Of a DNA stretch of 23,852 bases, positions 8,595 to 16,162 are shown piece by piece. Position 1 is the first letter of the stretch. Each line of letters begins with the position of its first letter. The translations under genes and the position numbers were made by a program. Under the pieces are notes generated by a model that was not told the DNA's origin, ran no database searches, and was given only the letters and a program-made list of their open reading frames with translations. Source of the stretch: Candidatus Hermodarchaeota archaeon (GTDB lineage Archaea > Asgardarchaeota > Hermodarchaeia > Hermodarchaeales > Hermodarchaeaceae); NCBI GenBank assembly GCA_016840065.1, contig JAEOTB010000003.1, positions 1 to 23,852 of the forward strand, written 5' to 3'.

Positions 8595-9194
8595 TTATAC
8601 TCGACGACCTCTTCGCCCTCCAGGGCGGCGTGTACCATCATGAGGCATTGGCGTTACTTCTTCAATCCGTCCGATACGGAGCCCCGCTCTCGCTAACGCA
8701 CGGATGGCTGCTTGGGCTCCTGGACCCGGTGTTTTGGGACCATGTCCTCCTGGGGCACGTACTCTGATATTTATTCGCGTGATATTTCGATCCATAGCAG
8801 TACGCGCAGCACGAAAAGCTGCTTGCATGGCAGCGTAGGGTGAACTTTCATCACGATCAGCCCGAACAATCATTCCACCAGAGGCACGGGCTATGGTTTC
8901 AGCACCAGTTAAATCAGTTATGTGTACTATCGTGTCATTATAAGAGCTGTAAATATGAGCAATACCCCATTTCTCCTTACTCTCAACAGGGGTGGGAGTT
9001 CGAACCCTTCGACTTCCTCTGCCTTCTCGCCGAGACGATTTAGGCGCACTTCGTCTTGTTGGTTTCTCAGCTTCAGCGGGTTTAGGTTCTGGCTCATCTT
9101 CAGGTGATTCAGAAGACTCGGTTGGAGGGGGTGTTGTACCCTTTTCTTTCTCAGACGTTTCATCAGATGCTGGATTTGTTTCTTCCTCAGTCAT
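8595..9194 (-). CDS. rps11: 30S ribosomal protein uS11 with a ~70 aa low-complexity N-terminal extension
   Basis: [35 protein letters not shown] and GGRRGRRV motifs. Confidence 0.97.
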   Translation of the reverse strand: MTEEETNPASDETSEKEKGTTPPPTESSESPEDEPEPKPAEAEKPTRRSAPKSSRREGRGSRRVRTPTPVESKEKWGIAHIYSSYNDTIVHITDLTGAETIARASGGMIVRADRDESSPYAAMQAAFRAARTAMDRNITRINIRVRAPGGHGPKTPGPGAQAAIRALARAGLRIGRIEEVTPMPHDGTRRPGGRRGRRV

Positions 9195-9219
9195 TTTTCA
9201 TTCAACCTTATCATTCCTT

Positions 9220-9795
9220 TTACTCAGACCCCTTTGGTTGGGATTCTTTAGTTGGTTTTGAAGCAGGGGCTGGTTCCACCTCACGGCTGGGGCGTTCAGG
9301 GTGACTCGCACTACGGTAAGGGCTACCAGTTGAATATTTCAGAGTCTGTTCTTGCCCCCTTTTTAGGAGCATCCCTGGCGATGAGACGCGATGGTTATCC
9401 AGCATGATATGTCCATGTGTAATAAGCTGGCGAGCGTGATGTAAGGATTTCGCCAATCCCTGTCGGAATACCTGAGTCTGTAGCCGTCTTTCTAGAACAT
9501 CACGGATTGTGAGATTCAACACATCATCTAGAGTTGAATGCTTCTTCAATAAGGACAAGCGTTGCAAGCGTCCTAATAGCTGTGTCTCTTGAAGCCCACG
9601 ACTTTCAAAAGGCATAGCAAGAATGTCACGTGTTATTCCTCGACACCGAGCTAATAGCGCACGATGCCTCCATAATTCACGCTTATTTCGTAAAGCGTAT
9701 TCACCCACGAAGTTTAGCTCCTCTGCAAGGCGCGTCTTCTGGAAAGGATGCCCCGGTGAGTGATATTTCTTCTTAGGTTTCCGTATACCTCCCAT
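9220..9795 (-). CDS. rps4: 30S ribosomal protein uS4
   Basis: LRNKRELWR, LERRLQT and ARQLITHGHI motifs. Confidence 0.98.
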   Translation of the reverse strand: MGGIRKPKKKYHSPGHPFQKTRLAEELNFVGEYALRNKRELWRHRALLARCRGITRDILAMPFESRGLQETQLLGRLQRLSLLKKHSTLDDVLNLTIRDVLERRLQTQVFRQGLAKSLHHARQLITHGHIMLDNHRVSSPGMLLKRGQEQTLKYSTGSPYRSASHPERPSREVEPAPASKPTKESQPKGSE

Positions 9796-9808
9796 TATTT
9801 CTCGCCTC

Positions 9809-10261
9809 TTAACCTCTTCGTTTGCGTGTTACACCTACTGTTCGGCCCTTTCGACCTGTGCATCGTGTTCGCTGCCCTCTCACTTTTAAGCCAAGTCCGT
9901 GACGAATCCCACGCCAACACTTAGTTTTCATAAGATAATCTATATCCATTTTCAGCTGAAAGTCTAAATCAGCACCAACAATATGCTTGTCTAGACCAGA
10001 TGCCATGTCCTTACGGCGATTCACCATCCAATTCGGTATCCCGAACTTATGGGGCTCCTTCAGAATCTCCTCAAGCTTCCCGATATCCTCATCTGAAATG
10101 AAACCCGCTCGTTGATCAGGATTCAATCCAGCTGCCTTCACTAAGATGAAGGACAAACGATGACCTACACCCTTTATAGCGCTGAGCGCTTTGTCTAGCT
10201 TCATCGTTCCGTCAATATCTGTTCGGGCAATACGTACAATGTGGCGAAATGAGGAGGACAC
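9809..10261 (-). CDS. rps13: 30S ribosomal protein uS13
   Basis: FRHIVRIA, IKGVG and RHGLGLKVRGQRT motifs. SD GAGGTG 5 nt before GTG. Confidence 0.98.
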   Translation of the reverse strand: MSSSFRHIVRIARTDIDGTMKLDKALSAIKGVGHRLSFILVKAAGLNPDQRAGFISDEDIGKLEEILKEPHKFGIPNWMVNRRKDMASGLDKHIVGADLDFQLKMDIDYLMKTKCWRGIRHGLGLKVRGQRTRCTGRKGRTVGVTRKRRG

Positions 10262-10328
10262 TTTAGCACCTCTGGAATTGTGATAGCATCAGCTCTAAGG
10301 CTACCGCAGGAAGGGGATACAAGAGGCT

Positions 10329-10343
10329 CTTATAAATTCTTTG
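10329..10343 (-). promoter_or_regulatory. Putative promoter of the rps13 (alpha) cluster; the TATA also reads on the plus strand
   Basis: Minus strand CAAAGAA-TTTATAAG; plus strand TTATAAAT. Confidence 0.55.
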
Positions 10344-10366
10344 ATGTATTGACGACTATAGTATTG

Positions 10367-10414
10367 AAGATGACGGCGCATTTTCCCCATGAAGATAAGT
10401 CATTGAATCCCTGA
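10367..10414 (+). ncRNA. Candidate box C/D guide sRNA
   Basis: AAGATGA (C-like) ... ATGAAGA (C'- or D'-like) ... CTGA (D) spanning 48 nt, about 30 nt downstream of TTATAAA. The internal boxes are degenerate. Confidence 0.35.
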
Positions 10415-10430
10415 GCAAATCCTTAAAAAG
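10415..10430 (+). promoter_or_regulatory. Putative promoter of tRNA-Ser
   Basis: GCAAATCC-TTAAAAAG, with the TATA starting 30 nt upstream of tRNA G1. Confidence 0.55.
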
Positions 10431-10452
10431 GAAAAAGGTTGGTGACAACATA

Positions 10453-10561
10453 GCCGTGGTAGCCTAGCCCGGTAGGGCGCTGGCTTGGAACTGATTCCTC
10501 ATCTGAACCGAAAAGCCAGTGACCATTGGTCTCGTGAGTTCGAATCTCACCCGCGGCGCCA
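10453..10561 (+). tRNA. tRNA-Ser(GGA) with a 23-nt intron at 37/38 (10491-10513) and encoded CCA
   Basis: Acceptor stem GCCGTGG/CCGCGGC, discriminator G, CCA. Anticodon stem CTGGC/GCCAG with GGA at 10487-10489. Long variable arm GACC-ATT-GGTC. T arm GTGAG-TTCGAAT-CTCAC. BHB central helix UUGG/CCGA. Confidence 0.95.
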
Positions 10562-10581
10562 TCCCTCATTTTAGTGAGATA

Positions 10582-11604
10582 TTATGATTTCTGCCATAAT
10601 TTTGGATAGACATCTGGTGCCATTATAACCCGATCTGTATCTACCACAATACCAGATTTGGCATCTATAATCACTTCAGTAGTTTGTTGAGCAACACCAG
10701 TAGCAACCAGTTCACCCTTTAAAGTCATTATTGCTACAATGTCGCCGCGTTTAATATCTGAGTGTAATTGGAGTACTCCAGCGACTGCTAAATTTGCCCC
10801 ATGACATATCGCACTCACCGCAGAGTCACGAATAATGATTTTTGGTAGATGCCGCACCCCACTTTCGAGTGGCTGTAGATAGCGGCTTAGTAACCTTGTG
10901 TCATTATCCTCTTTCCAGAAATGATATGCATCAATTAAATCGTGGAGGGTGCAAAGTGTCTTGTCCTCCTTAAAGGGACCTGAGCGGCTTCTGCGAAGCT
11001 CAGCCATATGCGCGCCGCACCCGAGGACCTCTCCGCAGTCGTAAACAAGCTTCCTAATGTAAGTACCAGCTTCACAACCAGTTCGAAATAGAACATCCCT
11101 TCCTTCTATTTCCAGTATTTCTAGATAGTAGATATTTCGGATTCTGAGCTTGCGCTTCACTGAAGAGCGGAGTGGGGGGCGCTGATAGATTGGGCCAACA
11201 AATTCTTTACAGGCTGCACGGATTTTTTCTTCTTCTTTCTCCTTATGCAGTCGCATAATACAAACATATTCTTTACCTGCAGTTAACAGGGACTTGGCAA
11301 TCTTCGTGCTATTTCCTAACATCACTGGAAGGCAGCCTGTGACTTTCGGGTCGAGTGTACCTGAGTGACCAGCTCTATCAATGCCTAGAATGCGCTTAAC
11401 CCAGGACACTACTTCGTGGCTGGTTGGTCCAGGTGGCTTATCGAGGTTGATAATCCCATTATTAAATAGATCTTGTAAGCTGCGATTTTGTGGGGTTATG
11501 CCATAGGCTGGGTTTGTGGTATCCTCAGCTCGAACTACTAGTGTTCTTTCTTTGTCAGCGGGTAGCCGCCGTATCGTCACAACCGGGAACCTCACAGCCT
11601 CCAA
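10582..11604 (-). CDS. cbf5: H/ACA RNA-guided pseudouridine synthase Cbf5 (TruB family, PUA domain)
   Basis: DKPPGPTSHEVV, GHSGTLDPKVTG, QRPPLRSSVKR and CEAGTYIRKL motifs. Confidence 0.98.
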   Translation of the reverse strand: MEAVRFPVVTIRRLPADKERTLVVRAEDTTNPAYGITPQNRSLQDLFNNGIINLDKPPGPTSHEVVSWVKRILGIDRAGHSGTLDPKVTGCLPVMLGNSTKIAKSLLTAGKEYVCIMRLHKEKEEEKIRAACKEFVGPIYQRPPLRSSVKRKLRIRNIYYLEILEIEGRDVLFRTGCEAGTYIRKLVYDCGEVLGCGAHMAELRRSRSGPFKEDKTLCTLHDLIDAYHFWKEDNDTRLLSRYLQPLESGVRHLPKIIIRDSAVSAICHGANLAVAGVLQLHSDIKRGDIVAIMTLKGELVATGVAQQTTEVIIDAKSGIVVDTDRVIMAPDVYPKLWQKS

Positions 11605-11617
11605 TAAGGGTGAGGAG

Positions 11618-11887
11618 TTACTTCTCTCCTTTCATGAACTTTTCAAGCTTGGCAGCTGTAATAGCCTTAATTACAGCTTTATCATCAGCACCAGAATTGA
11701 TTTTAATTTCGTGTTCGGTGGGTGCGATGTGATCCACGTTAGCTCGTCTGCGACGAACTCCTGAAAGACTTTGTGGTCCAGTGACCAGCACGAAGTTCTT
11801 GTCAATACGTTCAACTACAACACACGGTCTTCCCTTTTCACGACCATGCGTCTTCACCACGACTCTACCAACTATATTTACACTCAT
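11618..11887 (-). CDS. rpl14e: 50S ribosomal protein eL14
   Basis: GRVVVKTHGREKG and VLVTGP..SGVRRRRAN motifs. SD GGAGGT supports ATG 11887 rather than 11923. Confidence 0.95.
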   Translation of the reverse strand: MSVNIVGRVVVKTHGREKGRPCVVVERIDKNFVLVTGPQSLSGVRRRRANVDHIAPTEHEIKINSGADDKAVIKAITAAKLEKFMKGEK

Positions 11888-11894
11888 ATCATCA

Positions 11895-11983
11895 ACCTCC
11901 GCCGTTTGAGCGTCAGCACCCATGTCGCCACGAATGCTTCATCCTATTTCCTCGAGGAGGACAAGTAGTTGGCACTCAACAGC
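11895..11983 (-). ncRNA. Structured RNA element with a kink-turn-like core between cmk and rpl14e
   Basis: GAU-GA-[AGCAUUCGUG-GCGA-CAUGGGUGCU]-GA: a 10-bp stem with a GNRA loop, enclosed by an 11-bp stem that ends at the SD. Confidence 0.6.
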
Positions 11984-11999
11984 TATCCAATTAATAAAT

Positions 12000-12554
12000 C
12001 TATTCCGTCAAACCTGAAAAGTTACAAAGGTAATTTTCCACAGCCTCAACACAGATGGCGACGGTACCCTCTGCGTCCCACCTTGCTGTGTTAAGAACCA
12101 GGTCAAATAGCCTGATTGCCCCAACATCGATACCGTAAAAATCCTGAAATCGTTTTTTCTGACTTTCTTCTCTGGCTAGGGTTTCCTCCATCACTTCTTC
12201 AAATGGCCGTTGCTCCCGCTCGGCTATCCTGCGTACTCGCACCTCCAGGGGAGCATACACATAGATCTTAATATCGGCCAAGTCACGCGCAACCCATCCA
12301 GCAATATATGCATCGAGGACAACATCTCCTCTTGCAGCTTCCTCCCTTGTCCTGTCATCGATGGCACGGTCGATTTTATAATCTTGTTCCGCTATCAAAC
12401 CGAACTCAGCTAGTGTTTTATTATGTTCCTCCGCCAGTCGTCGGAAAATCATCCCTGCTGACACATATCGCAAGTCGAATGCTTCTGCCAATGCCCTAGC
12501 GACAGTAGATTTACCAGCGCCATGTTCTCCGCTGACAGCGATTGTGAGAGTCGT
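12000..12554 (-). CDS. cmk: Cytidylate kinase, archaeal type; start probably ACG 12554 (alternative TTG 12575)
   Basis: P-loop SGEHGAGKST, SAGMIFR, IDRAID and RVRRIAERE motifs; conserved position before rpl14e. Confidence 0.92.
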   Translation of the reverse strand, partial: TTLTIAVSGEHGAGKSTVARALAEAFDLRYVSAGMIFRRLAEEHNKTLAEFGLIAEQDYKIDRAIDDRTREEAARGDVVLDAYIAGWVARDLADIKIYVYAPLEVRVRRIAEREQRPFEEVMEETLAREESQKKRFQDFYGIDVGAIRLFDLVLNTARWDAEGTVAICVEAVENYLCNFSGLTE

Positions 12555-12590
12555 AGATACACCTCCACAAATCAATCTAGGAAACAGGGT

Positions 12591-13223
12591 TTATGTTGGT
12601 GTCATAGATGTGCCCAAGATACGCTGCCAAATCATGTTCCCCAAGAGGCTGCAAATCATATACCAGATCACATAGAACAGCCCCTGTGCGCCCAGAGGTA
12701 TAGCTATCCCGTTGACTGTAGTGTAGCCAAACCCATGACCTAGCCCCAATCCGAATTGCCCTAAAATTTGTGTGAAGTTTAGGGGACTAATTATTACGGG
12801 TCCTGGTATTGCGGCAGGAGCAAATGTCACATCGTCGATGAAGATGCCATTCATAATTGTGAATATCAGGATAAAGGGAACGATTGTGACTAGCATCGGC
12901 ATGAAACTTTGTTTGCCAATATCGCCCTGCAGCTTCGTGATATAGCGCTCTCTCCGCTTCACTTTGAGCAATAGCTTCCGCTTCACTCTTTCATCAGTTG
13001 CCTTGCCGGCTTCCCGTTTCATTTCCTGCCATTTGCTGACTTCAGCCCGGGACCGTCGAAGGCGGTCATAATCGATAAACCGCTTGTTGACAATATTAGT
13101 GATGAACGCCATAGTCACACTTATCAGAAGAACCAATAGTGCTGACCCCGGTGGATAGGCGAGGCCGATGGCATTCAATGCACCTCGGAGAATTAAGGCA
13201 ATATCTACCAAAATATTTTGCAC
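12591..13223 (-). CDS. DUF106 / EMC3-TMCO1-like (Oxa1 superfamily) membrane insertase
   Basis: TM1, a basic coiled coil, FMPMLVTIVP, and C-terminal WYMICS; conserved secY-adk-DUF106 context. Confidence 0.88.
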   Translation of the reverse strand: MQNILVDIALILRGALNAIGLAYPPGSALLVLLISVTMAFITNIVNKRFIDYDRLRRSRAEVSKWQEMKREAGKATDERVKRKLLLKVKRRERYITKLQGDIGKQSFMPMLVTIVPFILIFTIMNGIFIDDVTFAPAAIPGPVIISPLNFTQILGQFGLGLGHGFGYTTVNGIAIPLGAQGLFYVIWYMICSLLGNMIWQRILGTSMTPT

Positions 13224-13227
13224 GACT

Positions 13228-13812
13228 TCACACCTTCAAGAGCAGTTCCGCAAATGTTCTTGCTGCTTCTTCTGCTTTACCTTCTTTGTTCCTGATAATC
13301 CTTACCGTTGCACCTGTAAGTGTGCCTACTGCCACGGCTGCCGCCCTACACATTTGCTGGTGACCGTCAATCCCTTTTGGATCTTGCTCGTCTCGACTTC
13401 GGGTCTTGTCTTTTGCTCTCCGACCTGCGATTTTCCGAGGATCCGCCTCAATCAATACTATTGACGAAGGGCGGATAGCTTCTACAACCCATTTCGGCAA
13501 CCCAATTAGGAACCCTTCTGGGGTTAGAATTAGCGTGTGGGTATCAACTACAACGAGCTGTTTCTTACTCATTTTTGCGATTTGATCTGCTGCTCGTTTC
13601 TGCACATCTCTCTGCACTTTCGCAGGCATTTTACGCATTTCGTCTCGATTCTTCACAAGCCCGCGCTTTGTGGCGATTTCCTCCATAAAGTCACCGAATG
13701 TCACCAGTTGAGCATCTACTTTGCTCTCGACCATTCGAAGAGCCCCATTAATCACCGTGGACTTACCGACTCCAGGGACTCCAGAGACTACGACAACTTT
13801 GAGCGTTTTCAC
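13228..13812 (-). CDS. adkA: Adenylate kinase, archaeal type
   Basis: GVPGVGKST, RDEMRK, VDTH and GLP motifs. SD GGAGGT supports GTG 13812 rather than 13905. Confidence 0.95.
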   Translation of the reverse strand: MKTLKVVVVSGVPGVGKSTVINGALRMVESKVDAQLVTFGDFMEEIATKRGLVKNRDEMRKMPAKVQRDVQKRAADQIAKMSKKQLVVVDTHTLILTPEGFLIGLPKWVVEAIRPSSIVLIEADPRKIAGRRAKDKTRSRDEQDPKGIDGHQQMCRAAAVAVGTLTGATVRIIRNKEGKAEEAARTFAELLLKV

Positions 13813-13854
13813 TGGTTGAACCTCCATCGAACGAGCGACTGTCTTTGCCTTGAC

Positions 13855-13869
13855 CTTAATAGCTTTTCG
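13855..13869 (-). promoter_or_regulatory. Putative internal BRE-TATA promoter of adk
   Basis: CGAAAAG-CTATTAAG, matching the mvk promoter motif. Confidence 0.6.
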
Positions 13870-13943
13870 AGCCAGCAATACCCCTGCGATGGAGAATCCT
13901 TTCACTGCTTCAAAGACCCAATTCCCTTTGGAATCTGCTAGGC

Positions 13944-15476
13944 CTACCCCATTCCGAGTAGTCCCTGCATAGCAGGGTGCATTTCGGACAGTTGTTCCTT
14001 TGCTAGAATCTCGAAATACTGCCGCATTATTCCAACCGCAAGTAGGATACCGATACCCGTAGACAACGCGCCGAAGAAGTCTGCGAATGCTGCAAGAGCG
14101 CCGATTAGTAGACCACCAAGGACAGCGACTACAGGTATGTATCTTTGCAGAATTCGTTCTAGAACTTGCGGTGAGCGCCTGAATCCTGGAACCTGCATGC
14201 CTGCACCAATAAGCTGCTGCGCAACATCACGAGGCGCAATACCCGATACATCAATCCACAATCTGGCAAAGCCAGCGCAAAGGAGCATAAGAATCAAGGC
14301 ATAGCCAGCACCACGGAGAAGCCCTAAACCAGTTAGGAGCTCAGAGAGCCCAGTAGGTGGGGTGAGGAACCAGACTAAACTTATAGGTTGAGGAACGAGA
14401 TATTGAGCGTCGGCCGCTGGAATGGCATATCTAGCTATTAAATGGAACCAAAACGCCAAGGGATGTGTCCCCGGATCTCCTAGACCCAACGCGGGATTGT
14501 TCCACAAGATTTGTGTGATAAATAAGAGATTAGCATACAATGCCTGCGTGAATATCACTGGAATATTCGACACATAGAGAAGCTTAATGGGATATTGCCC
14601 ACGGAACCCACGATACTTCGCATACTGGAGAGGTATATTCACCCTGAAAGACTCGATCCAGATTACAATAACGAATACAATAAATGTGATGATAACGCCG
14701 AAAAGGCTGGCACGAGGGTTCTCAGGACGGAACCAGAAAGTAAAAGGATCAGCAAAATTACCTCCAACACTCGCAGCACCAAAATTCTGCAGCGTAAATG
14801 GAATTACTCCGTGGAACCAGATTCGTGGTTCTACTCCTCCCTCTCCATCCGGAATCATATCCCAAGGAAGGTCACCTCGCTGGGCTGGACCAATAGAGAA
14901 CATGTTCCACATTATTTGCGTACAGACATTGGCCATAATGAATAGGCTTACGCCGCTTCCCAGACCCCATCCCTTCTGTATCGTCTCGTCCATCAAAATG
15001 ACGACAACGCCAGCGAACATAAGCTGGATGAATACAAGAATGGTTTCACCTGGACCCATTGCACCGTAGGCACCTGCAAAGATGTAGGCTATGGCCTGAA
15101 AGGCGGTCATGAAGATTGCGAGTACCTTCTGCGCTCCGGTATAGAGTGACCGCTGGTAAGGGTCCCCCATATCAACACGAATGAGCTGTGAGCCCACTAG
15201 GAGCTGCATTATCAAGCCCGCAGTTACAATCGGACCAATCCCAAGCTCCATTAACGAGCCACGATTAGAAGCAAGGATTATCCTCATCCAATAAAAGTAA
15301 TCGTATCCTTGTTGGGGGTCGATTCCGTATAGGGGTAGTTCTGCCATGATTAGGTATAGCAGGAGGATGAGCGCTGTCCAGACGAATTTTTCTCTGAATG
15401 ATACCTTGCGGTCGGGGGCTTTGACCTCTGGCATTATTCGTATCAGAGGACGCAGGGTATTCAGAAACCGGCTCAT
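13944..15476 (-). CDS. secY: Protein translocase subunit SecY (Sec61 alpha)
   Basis: GSLMELGIGPIVTAG, GWGLGSGVSLFI, YPIKLLYVSNIP and PGFR motifs. Confidence 0.99.
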   Translation of the reverse strand: MSRFLNTLRPLIRIMPEVKAPDRKVSFREKFVWTALILLLYLIMAELPLYGIDPQQGYDYFYWMRIILASNRGSLMELGIGPIVTAGLIMQLLVGSQLIRVDMGDPYQRSLYTGAQKVLAIFMTAFQAIAYIFAGAYGAMGPGETILVFIQLMFAGVVVILMDETIQKGWGLGSGVSLFIMANVCTQIMWNMFSIGPAQRGDLPWDMIPDGEGGVEPRIWFHGVIPFTLQNFGAASVGGNFADPFTFWFRPENPRASLFGVIITFIVFVIVIWIESFRVNIPLQYAKYRGFRGQYPIKLLYVSNIPVIFTQALYANLLFITQILWNNPALGLGDPGTHPLAFWFHLIARYAIPAADAQYLVPQPISLVWFLTPPTGLSELLTGLGLLRGAGYALILMLLCAGFARLWIDVSGIAPRDVAQQLIGAGMQVPGFRRSPQVLERILQRYIPVVAVLGGLLIGALAAFADFFGALSTGIGILLAVGIMRQYFEILAKEQLSEMHPAMQGLLGMG

Positions 15477-15536
15477 TTTTTCACCTCTGCTTTCTAATCA
15501 CAGTTCAGCAGGTTACAGCCCCCATCGAGGCTCCTC

Positions 15537-15563
15537 CTTTAAAGTCTACCGCCCAGTAAAAAA
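15537..15563 (-). promoter_or_regulatory. U6 tract (possible terminator after rpl15) followed by a TTTAAA promoter for secY
   Basis: Minus strand TTTTTT (15563-15558), then CTTTAAAG (15544-15537). Confidence 0.45.
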
Positions 15564-15588
15564 TGACCCGTCGTGGTTTTGACTGTTT

Positions 15589-16131
15589 TCAAGATTGTTT
15601 GGTCTTGGTTTTGGGCTTTGGCTTGGGTTTAGCTTTGGGCTTGGGTTTGGTTGTCTTCGGCTTGGGTGTTGTTTGTTTTTCGGGGCCTGGTAGAACTTCG
15701 CCTTTGACTTTGCCGCCGGCTGTTTTGATTTTCTCAGCGGCGCGGTGAGTGAATATTGGTGCGGTGACTGTAAGGGGTATGTGAACTGTACCGCCTCCGA
15801 GAACCTTGTCGTAACCGTGTGGTGTCAAATCAATTTGAGTTGGTGGTCCTTTAGGGTCGGGGGCTGCTTCGGTGAACCTGTCTAGGTGGGTGGCGATTTC
15901 GCCGATATTGATTGTACGGAGTTGCTTTCTGATCTGTTCTGGTCGGTGAAAGCCATGTTTGTCATACCTTTTGGGGTCTTTTGCTACCGTGTGTGTCCAA
16001 TCGTGTTTCTGTCCTCCGGCTTTGCCCTTGCCGCCGCGTTGTCCGCCCTTTCTGTGTTGACCAATTCGACCGTAGCCATGGGTTCGGCTGCCTCGAAGAC
16101 TTCGTGTACGTTTCCGTTTACGTAATGTCAT
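15589..16131 (-). CDS. rpl15: 50S ribosomal protein uL15 with a Lys/Pro-rich C-terminal tail
   Basis: RGSRTHGYG, KHGF, KVLGGG and AAEKIKTAGG motifs. SD GAGGT supports ATG 16131. Confidence 0.96.
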   Translation of the reverse strand: MTLRKRKRTRSLRGSRTHGYGRIGQHRKGGQRGGKGKAGGQKHDWTHTVAKDPKRYDKHGFHRPEQIRKQLRTINIGEIATHLDRFTEAAPDPKGPPTQIDLTPHGYDKVLGGGTVHIPLTVTAPIFTHRAAEKIKTAGGKVKGEVLPGPEKQTTPKPKTTKPKPKAKPKPKPKTKTKQS

Positions 16132-16162
16132 TATTCTTACCTCTGAATATTTCTCCAATTAC

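Noticed and set aside
8558-8641. ORF-track N-terminal extensions of rpoD (also DUF126 to 2167, eL14 to 11923, adk to 13905, uL15 to 16158)
   Set aside because: They overlap upstream genes, promoters or SD sites. Downstream starts fit the SD position and homolog length.
11912-11944. AUGA...GA stem-loop as a eukaryote/Loki-type SECIS
   Set aside because: The apical loop is GCGA with no A-run, and upstream cmk, DUF106 and adk have no plausible in-frame Sec UGA.
11901-11983. Three-way junction as a hammerhead ribozyme or canonical H/ACA RNA
   Set aside because: It lacks the CUGANGA and GAAA cores, and there is no clear ACA box or bipartite pocket after the lower stem.
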